Shown here: positions 54,301 through 64,000 of the stretch, one piece after another
Layout: every line of letters starts with the position of its first letter
Position numbering within the stretch: position 1 is the first letter of the stretch
From: Trichoplax adhaerens
Taxonomy: Eukaryota; Animalia; Placozoa
Assembly: GCF_000150275.1 (NCBI RefSeq)
Contig: NW_002060943.1
Span: forward strand, 521,915 to 585,914
Direction of reading: 5' to 3'
Length of the DNA stretch: 64,000 nucleotides
Made by a program: the position numbers and the translations under genes
Notes under the pieces: model-generated
What the model was told of the DNA's origin: nothing
Seen by the model: only the letters and a program-made list of their open reading frames with translations
The model's database searches: none

Positions 54301-57300
54301 TCAACGAAGACGAATGACCACAAGTGATCCTCGTTATATTGAAAGATTCAGAAATTTAAATAGGGATTCTTCAATAGAAAATAACCAAGAACGGATTGAT
54401 GCAAAATCCACATCCAGTGATGATCATGAGGAAAAAGGTAGTGAACCGAAACAAACTTTACCTCGAATAATAATTACAGCACCAGATAGTGGCGATCGGA
54501 AGAAACGCCATAATAGAGCCATGAATCCGTATCATCGACGAAATCAAAAAGCTAAAAGTAAACGATCCAAAGAGCGACGGGAGAGAATAAGGCAAAATCG
54601 TGAAGACAAGCAAAGTAGTTTATCACCTACTAGTTCAGAAGATGAAAATAATCCGGCTAAGCAAAAAGACGTAACTAATTCCGTGTCAGCGGTAAATGCT
54701 CACTTTTTAAGTGTGGATGATAGCGATTGGGTATCAGGCTGTTTAGGTAAAGATAGTGAATCGAGCTGTGATGAACATGATGAGAAAAAGAAAAAGAAAA
54801 AGGGTAGAAAGCATAAAAAAAGTAAATCCAATAAGGAATCCAAGAAGAAAACGAAAAAATCCAATCATAAGCATGAAGATTCTATTCCGCCTATGGATAA
54901 GGTTATTATATATTGTAAAATGTCATCAAACTACTTTGATAACTATAAAGACTTTATGAGTGTAAAAATTTCTAGAATAATTATTAACGGGTAGGATAGA
55001 CGTTGGAGGATAGTAGAGAAATTAGTGCTGGTAATTCATTTCTTCTAAAGAAAATAAAGAGTAATTATTAATACGATCGTCGCATACGAAATAATTTAGA
55101 AATATTGTAATACGAGTATACGATTACTTTTAACCAATTCTTTTAGGCGCTATATTCTATATAATTATGTATAGTAATTCGAGCCACAATGTCCTAAAAC
55201 TCTTTAGAGAACAAAAATATAGTTTTTAATCAAGTGCATTATACATTTAATTCATATTCATTTTCATACTTTTTGAAAATGGTAAAATATTATAAAATAG
55301 TTTAGCTAATTCTTAATGCTATATTTGTATGCTATATAATTTAGCAAAATTAATGCGACCACTTTTAGACAATTTTTGCTAGATATTACATTAAATGCAA
55401 TATTTAGCAATTTAACTACGGTATCCTACAATTTTCACAGACGCAGAAGTTTAACATACGCGTATAATGGATTGCATTAAATATTTATTTCTAAATCCTT
55501 ATTTTGATGTCTTTAAATATTCTATTAACATCAGAATGAAGAGGATGATATTATCATACAGGAAGAATTAGTGAAAATTGAAAATAATTCAGTGGCACCA
55601 GCTGAACACCCTGATGTATTCTTTGATTTTCAACTTAGTAGCTCAGTAATAAAATTATTAAAGCTACTGGTCAAAGAAGAAGACATAACTGGTAACACTA
55701 AAGTCTTTAATTTAATTGAGACGAACTTGGCTGATGAGGAAGGCTTTTATCCTTTATTGGTAACTTTACAAAATCAGGTAATTGATTCTTAACATCGTGG
55801 GTATCATTGTTTATTTTTACATTTATCAGATCAAAAATATGGATTTAATATAGTAGAATATTAGTATTGGTAATATTAGCCATTTACTGTATATAGGCAA
55901 AATGTTTATCGATAATCATTGTCCTCTTCCTGTGTAAATCTACCTTCGTTGGCTAGTATTGAATTATATAGGAAAGGAAAGCCGATATTAGTTTAATTGC
56001 TATTAGATAAGTTGCGATAAATTAGCGTTAGTGCTTTTTAACCAGTCTCTTCATGATGACCTTACTAAATCTACTATAGACTAAAATTCTTGATCAATAT
56101 TCTTGAATTGTTAATTGATATTCGATTTTTTTATACAGTATCAAGAAATTATCCAAGATCAAAATCATAACTTATCATTAGATAAGTATGACACAATCAA
56201 GGAACAGCTAGATTTAATTAGCAATATTCGAGAGGCTACAGATAATTACATCGCCACGGATGGTATTAGCAACGAAATTGTCCAATTTCAAAAAGCAAAG
56301 AAAATTCAAGCTGAACTGCAAGAGGTAATTATGATTGCCGGCGTTTAATAGAAGCCATTTATGCCTAGAAAATTGTACTTTACTTTAACTAAGACGTTCT
56401 AGTAGTGTAATTGACTATATATCTACTTCATAAAGACATCGAATCTATCTATCAGCTTTTACAACACTAAAGTAATATATCAGTCACAGTCTACTTAATA
56501 TCTTTTGCTAAACTAACGTTACATATTAATTTATCGTATATAAATTTCAAGTTCTATTGATAGGCTACCAATTATGTGTCTTTGTTTATGTATAATATTC
56601 GACATTTTATTTATCTAGACTACTGGCTATTGCCATTTAAATAGTTTATCTATCTTGTTTATGACAAGTAGCAGCTTTATCTTTTACGAAGTGATTGGTT
56701 GATATAATTTATATAGTTTTATTTATTGTATGCTTTTCTCATAGTTTCTCTGTTTTATTCTTAGCTGTTAAACAGTTGTAGATATTATTTCCATGATAAG
56801 TGTCAAAATATTATTACCGAAGTGATTGGCCATAGTCAGCTTCCAGCAGAATATTGTACACTATTATAACCAACCATGGCTCTTGCAAAGTAAGATATGG
56901 CTGCATTTATCCTACAAGATATTATTATTAGTAATAATCATGGTACCCACCCAACTCTAACATGTTAAGACACTACGGTAGTTGATAATTGGACATTGTT
57001 ATCCCTCAATTGCATATATCACTGATGAACTTCCTTCTCATCCTGTATATCACCTAGGACTAAGATAAACTAAATTAAATACTCGGACAATCTTATTTAT
57101 TGCTATTATATAATTATTACAAGGTTTTTAGGTGCATTTCTATTATCAAATGTTGCAGAACTGCAAAACATGAGGCTATCTGAAGCTTTCCATGGTGATT
57201 CATTTATAACAAGAAATGAATTAACGGTAGTTCTAAGAAATCTAGATAGCAATATTATCTGAAATACCCATATGATTAATAGCGGTTGAAAGATGTAGAC

Positions 57301-58611
57301 GATAATATTATCTGGCATATCTACATTATTTTAAGTATGATCCTTGTACAAATATTCTAAATAGAGTAAGACGATCCTTGCCAGGCGTTACATTTTATGA
57401 TTTCAACTATTAATCCACTATAGTTAATCAATACTACACTTTACGTGCATCGCTGTTATTGATCACTTTCGCTATAATAGAATAAACGTGATATTTCAAA
57501 AAGCTATCAATCATCCATTTAACTTGATCACATTACCCCATTAAAATCATTGTTAGTTTTACTTCATTAAGATATGATCAATAGCTGCATTTCTATCTGC
57601 TATACATGTAATAATGATCTAGAAAAAAGCAGAATTTTTCAACCATGGATTGGTTTACTTAATAATGGAATAAACTTGTGGTACAAATATCTACCACAAA
57701 CATCTACGTATTTGATACGTTCAAAGTGAAATTTCATGGTTGTATTTCATCTCATACTAGGCGCTATTTAGGCTTTAAGTTAATTATTTTCTCATTATTT
57801 ACTTTTAAATGATTAAGCTAATATCACTGTTATACCTATGAGTACCATTTTGTATAATATTTGTAGAAAAGCAAATTTTGACAGTCGCTACGTAAAATAT
57901 TCATTAGTAACAGAAGAGTTATTTCTGGGCCTATGTATATACCAATTGCAGGTCATTATTCTTGAATTAATTTATCTGAAACTAGCGATAATTTCCTACT
58001 ACTATGTATTATTTTCGTTATAATACGTCAACAATTTTTAGCAACCTGCTTTTGCTTCTGTAATTGTGTGCGTTAAGCACATAATATTGTCCTGTAAAAA
58101 ACTTTGGTAATATGTATATGGTTTATAGGTACTGTTGATTACTAAATAGGCTTATGTTGATATTTTTAATTCGATTTGATATGTGGTAATAAATTCATCT
58201 TACGAGTTTATGCCAGAATAAAAAGATATTGCTTGGGTTTTGCTCTATTCAGTCTATATGCACGAACATATTGTAATTTTCATTCTTGTACTAACAGATA
58301 CGGTACCTTGCTGAAGCAAGATCTAAAGTTTTATGCCGCTATCGTTCAATTTACTGTATGTAGAGATATTCAGAAAAGAGTAGCTTTAATATAGTGTAGA
58401 ATTATTAGGAGAGTTAAGGCTACCTCTATATTATAATAAGATCGTAAGATTTTAAATTGTTCCATGATTATTTTATTCTCGTTCTGATATTGAAATAAAG
58501 TTTATTATTTTATGTCATTATCGCTCAATTTATATTAGGAAGTAGAGAAATGAATAATTTTAATTTGCTGCAGCACAGGATCAAAAGAAGATCGTAAGGC
58601 TACCTAATTAA
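45368..58611 (+). CDS. Large uncharacterised protein: long S/T/N/P/K-rich disordered region plus a putative helical C-terminal domain; 3' end ambiguous
   Basis: Phase-consistent exons 45368-45476, 49114-49424, 50432-50500, 50676-50840, 51413-54901 (3489 nt, contains the 1063-aa ORF), 55535-55777, 56139-56324 and 56765 onward. As assembled it stops at 56867-56869 (CTLL-TAA). With a 1-nt correction it continues through 57132-57194, 57623-57680, 57885-57951, 58298-58355 and 58574-58611. Confidence 0.75.
49900..50245. repeat. Intronic tandem duplication of about 150 bp (two copies plus a partial)
   Basis: tactgaaaggcata.ttagatt...tatcac.ttgacgcg...taggtataaa.tttaactt.cgaaattg..aagtagaagtt at about 49908 and 50058. 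Confidence 0.75.
50930..51275. repeat. Intronic direct duplication
   Basis: tataagtagtatca.tagc and aataatcttgactacaa.t.gataaata...tctga.ttga each occur twice. Confidence 0.65.
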
Positions 58612-60982
58612 TTATTTTAATCTCGCCCTGCCAGATACCGAAGCGTAGCGGTAGACTATAGTTTTACGTTATTCTCCTTCAATCAGGTATATGAAAAAAT
58701 TCAGAAATAATTAATTTTAATCTATTACTATGTGGGATAATAAGAGAAATTGGGACTACCTACATATTATAAGATACGTATATAGGATGTTAATGGAATC
58801 CCTTATCTTACAAAGATGATCATCCAATATTCTTCCGTGATCAGTGGCAATTACTGTAAATTGCATCATAAATTAAAGCATTTAAGAGCTTTGCTTTGGG
58901 CACTATACGTAAATTACGGTGATATTGGGCGATGCTACGTGTGATTTATAATTAAGGCATTCATATCGAAAATTACACGACAAGGTATAGATTGAGATAA
59001 ATTAAGAATATCTGCACATATCCCAGAATTAAATTCAGAATTTTATCACGCTATTTACTTCATAATGTTACATGAATCCCGAAGATAAATCATTGCGGTA
59101 TTAAGAAATAAGTATGGATAGTCTACTTCCAAAAATGAAAATGCAGAATTTAATTTTACCGCTATCGTTAAGTATGTAGTAATGAATCGTGACAATCTCC
59201 GGATTTTCATAAAACTAACACATTATCTATCGCTGACATGCCTATTGATAGCTGTCAGTAAATGACTAAAAATGTAGATATGCTATAAATTACGAATGAA
59301 AAAGGATTAAGTCAAGTTAACTTAGAACAGTGTTTCGTAAACATCGCATATAATTCTTTATCACGTTTAACGAATTGAGATGTAAGCGAAGCGTAATCTA
59401 TCGCATTTACAAAATCTGCTTATAATCATTATCTATTAATCTATCCAACTCTTTTGATTTGCTTCAATTTTAATTTGGAAACCCGATAGGTATATCGATA
59501 ATCTGCAAATAATTGACTAGCGACTAATTTGTTCACATCTTTTCAATTGCTTAGATTTTGATATAGACTGAGAAAGCGAACAAACCATTAAATCCGCTTA
59601 TAATTATTTAATCTGTCCAATTCTCTTTTACTGATCTAAATTTTAAAATGCGATAAAATGAACATATGTGCCTATGTTAACCTTGATATACTACCTGCAC
59701 TCTCTAGTTATCGTTCCGTGATTAATTAACTGGAACGTATATCTAGCAGACGAATAGTCGTAAGTTAGATGTACAATAGGTATTGATACTACGCGATTTT
59801 ATCCTATATCTCTTATATTTAACTAGGACGGCTAAGTTAGACGTGTAGAATATTGTAGCTTAGGTATAACAAAACAGTTGGTACAAAAATTACTAGTATA
59901 ACCAATTACTTTAATATAACAGTTGTTGCTATGTTTTCATCGGCTCTATAACATTTCTGGATGGTATTTTTTTGACAAATTATAACATTTCATTTAGGAA
60001 GAGCATATTAATTCATGATTCGGTAATATCTCCGAGAATTATCTTGGGGAAATTTCATGACTTTATGAAGCAAATTTTAAGTTGAATATAGGATCCGTAA
60101 TAGAGAAGAAAAATCTAGTATAATGAAAATACATAATACTGCGCCATTATAAATTATTTTTCAACGTATAATTTGTTTGTCTACTGTATATGTACAAATC
60201 AGTATTAAGATAGGACAATCACGATCATAATTACTACCAGTATGATTCTCCTTATATCTACATTTTGCTGCGGTAATTGAAATTCAATAAATGGTGATAT
60301 TTAGTCTTTCCTTTTTGTAAAATTACCTACATGAAGTACCACACGATTATCGTAAGATTTACTATAGTGTCAATGAATACTTTACTTCCCTACTGATTTT
60401 CATCTATGAACATACCAGTGGTTAGAATAGTTCAGTTATTTACTAATAGTGTTATATTATTTACTAGCAATTGTATTATTGAATTTCATGATCAGTCTCT
60501 TAGCAGTCCAGTTCTTTCCAACAGCAGGGCACTAACGCCTATTGTTCCCTTAAGCTATAATGGCGGACTGCCGCTGTGACTTGGTAGTTCCAATCCGATT
60601 ATTATGAATTCTTCTTATTTACTCACTACTCTAGCATTCATACTAAAACACCATCAAAACAAGATATTAAAGGCACTACAATCAAAATGATTTATTCATT
60701 TGACGTTATAATAATCAAGTTATTTTATGAAAACTGACAGTGGTATATACGACCGAGATTCAGGCATGTTGGAAACCCAAAAGGAAAAGATTTCGTCTTT
60801 GCTTCCAACGTATTTGCTATATAAGTAGACAAGTAGACTGAATAGTTTATTTGATGACTATTCCCATATTTTCCTATCAGAATTAACTTGAATCATTTTT
60901 CTTAAAGTATTTATTCTATGAAAGACTTGATTTATTTCTTTATTTAAATCTTTCATGATCATCTATTTGAAAAAGTTTATCC

Positions 60983-63900
60983 ATGTCAGATTATGATAAG
61001 ATTCATTTTCGTGCCCCTACTCAATTGCGGAAATTACTAGTTGATTTCAGTTTACATTGCCTATATTATCAACCAAGCGATTTATACCAATTTGCTGCTT
61101 CTTATTTTCAACGGCAAGTCGAACACCAACAAGGTAGGACAGCAATAGTAGATGCTATTATACCTATATCGAAGAGAAGCGAATACTTATTGATTTGGTT
61201 AGGCTTAGAAAGGATAGTTTGGATTGAATTTGATATCTTGCTCGCCTTTTGGCACTAGAATAGTTACTGTATGAAAGGATGGATTATTTTAATTTTGGAC
61301 TAATAATCTTAATTTTTATGATGATTGAATATACGCTAGGATTTATTATGATTGAATATTGATGACTGTGATAATATACTAGAATGATTTTGGTCACTTG
61401 TTGTCCTTCAATAACAAGATTGTTACATACGTGATTTTGGTTGTCTTTAGTTCATCTTGTTAGACCAACGGTATTTAAACGCATTCATTTTATTCATTAT
61501 AAATTAGGAAATTGAATAAGTAGCGTACAGTAGTTTAGGTAAAGAAATGTTAAAGAGTAATGGCGCTAAATTAGATTTCTATTTAGTCCTAGTTGTGATT
61601 GCACTGACAAGTTTACGCTATATCAGTTTTCGTCCGCTTTGTTCGTAGACAATCATAGTGCTATTTTTTCTATTGCGGGTTTATTTAAGAGACGGTAGCA
61701 ATTTTATATTGTTAGCCAACAATTACTGTCTATTTTTTATTCTATTCCTTTTTCATCTACACCCCAGTATAGCAACAGCGTGTTAAAAGTATGATGATGG
61801 GCTACAGTAACCCTATTGGATTAATGGCTGTTCGTATTGCTTAGACTAATAGTGATGTTCAATACTTTTCGGCAAAGTTGTGAAACTGCGCGATCATATC
61901 TAATAGTCTACGCGAAGTTTCAATACTATGCTGGATATCAATTTAAACGGAGGATTGGATAGAAAGTAGTATTTAAAAAAATGTATCTACTAATTATATT
62001 ACTGTACGTGAGTGGTGATTTACGCGTAGAAGAAAGAGTTAATAGTTGATATAAATAGTTGATATCAATATAAGTGATAGATTTTGATAGAAGATTGTCT
62101 GAAACTTATCATCATGTTGACTTGATATTTGCATAAGATACTGGATATCAATTTAGAATCATGTTGATTTAATAGAATAGTATCTACAACTTGCTGGTCA
62201 TATCAACTGGATATTTGGATACTGTACGACATTTGATGTTGATTTAGATTAAAAAAAAATGTGAAATTAATGGAACATAAATTGGTTAAAACCACTTTGA
62301 ACCTTTTCCAATTCTACAAGAATATTCCATATAACTTAATTAAAATACAATTTAATACTCCTCTACCATACTCAGAATTTAAGAAACATATTAGTCTGTT
62401 ATATAAAAACAGAACTTTACATAGCTGTCTGCTACTGCCTTTTACAAACAGAGTAGGAATCGGACAAGCACACTATTGCATTATGCTGGCCATCTTGATC
62501 CAAAATTACTTTATTAAGCATAAAAGACTATTCTACATCTCATCATCTTTACTCCATTCTACTGTTGCACTTTCAATACTTATTATTGCCATCATACCCC
62601 AAATTTACTATCTCTAACGAAGAATTGGAAATATTACCGCCATTATGTAGAGACATGGAGTGCTTTTAAATTTTTGATCACGTACCATCTGAACAGAATA
62701 TGATTTCGACGAGCGATAGAGTAAACCTAATATTCTTTAGCCAAATGGAATCATTTTTCTTTCAATCATATTCTAGAATTGATAATATGGATAGACACGA
62801 ATGATAGCCAACATAGTCTACCGTACTTTCTCCTATTTGAATAGTATAAATTGATTTGGCTGAGATACAGTAAGACAGAAACGATATTTTGATCGCTATT
62901 TTTCCATGGCATTTATTTGGCAGTATCACTTAATATTGCCATTATTAACTAGTTTAAAGGCTGAAGGAATTCTATTAATGAACTGCTACCTATCGTATTT
63001 TATACTAACTTTTAGAGAAAAGTTCCATTGCCGACGGCAAAATATCGAAGCAAAATGGAACACTTTTCCCTGGGCAAAAGTGGAGAAAGGAACACAACAT
63101 GTGGGCATTTCATTGCTACGTTCATAAGGATGCCAGACAAACCTTCTATGATGCCATGTATGAAAGTATTTTCAATCAGGAACTACTTATGCCTCACAGT
63201 ATGGATGGATTTTACTCGTCGAAAATGACAGATATACCATTTAAAAGATATACTAGGGCAGTTTATCATGGTTATTCCCCTTTACCAGCAAATAGAGATT
63301 CATTAACACCAGTAGAAAGTAATGATATGGACGGGAACCGCTGCTATGTAAGTAGAGCTCCTATGTTCACAAAGCAAGATCATGATGGAACTATTCATGA
63401 AGGCAGTAATCAATATCTTAAGGAAGTTTTCATAGAGAAAATTCAACAGAATATCAGTAAAGATGACGAAGAAGATCCTAATAGAAATGATCCCGTATTT
63501 CAAACTATCAGCCATCAAAACGGTGAAAGACATAATCAATATTTCTTGCTAACAGCAAGCAATACAGAGAAAAATGAGAATCAGCCATCTATTCAGAATA
63601 GACCAAAATCTCTTGATTCGCATAAGGATATTGATCAGCAGAATGATATCCAAAGTTATGTCGACACAGATTTAAAAAGTAAATATCAAGCAGAAGCAGA
63701 CCCTAAACAAAATAAAATTCAAGATCTTACCGATACTGGAGAAGAATGTCAGTCTCTTATTGCGGCAAAGCCTACAACTAGAAGAGATGGAATTGAAATT
63801 GATAATGTTAAAATGACGAATGAAATCGATCATTCCGATTGTAGTGATATTTCGGCAGTTAAAACCCCTGAAAAAACCACGAAGAAAATTCAAGAATCCT

Positions 63901-64000
63901 TTCAAATGGAGGAAAATGAAGGAAAAGATCCTTTATCGAATAATACAAACAAGGAAATCAACGCTAAAGATTCGGCCAAGAATAAAACGAATACCAATAC
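60983..64000 (+). CDS. RIIa dimerisation/docking-domain protein (PKA-RII/SPA17/ROPN1/CABYR-like N-terminus), 3' end beyond the window
   Basis: Exon 1 60983-61133 reads MSDYDKIHFRAPTQLRKLLVDFSLHCLYYQPSDLYQFAASYFQR, matching the D/D consensus P.gL.eLL..F...vL..qP.dl..FAa.YF. It joins in phase 1 to an exon starting at 63016 that stays open to 64000 (EKSSIADGKISKQNG...NKTNTN); that exon is absent from the ORF track because it has no stop. Confidence 0.82.

Noticed and set aside
61920-62617. Degenerate gttgat/ggatatcaattta repeats and the 118-aa ORF 62261-62617
   Set aside because: They lie inside the intron of the RIIa-domain gene; low complexity and no recognisable product.

Overview
AT-rich, compact animal genomic DNA with many short GT-AG introns. 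Composition and intron sizes resemble a placozoan (Trichoplax-like) scaffold; this is an inference, not a database result. Genes reconstructed by manual splicing: (1) two convergent paralogous Sec14/CRAL-TRIO + spectrin + DH-PH RhoGEFs of the MCF2L/Dbs family (2321-11138 +, 14232-25321 -), each with 25 coding exons in matching positions; (2) IWS1 (26959-30898 +); (3) the 5' part of PEX19, cut by an assembly gap (33525-34042 +); (4) a large, mostly disordered uncharacterised protein (45368 to about 58611 +) with PP1 RVxF, calcineurin PxIxIT and PKA-type motifs and an unresolved frameshift versus CaaX end; (5) an RIIa dimerisation/docking-domain protein running off the window end (60983-64000 +). 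The most striking non-coding pattern is three dense islands of self-complementary CAGTA/TACTG (GTAC-core) repeats. They lie just upstream of start codons (one clearly between divergent genes) and each carries its own local duplications. There are two N gaps and several degenerate tandem repeats. Most short entries in the ORF track are artefacts.
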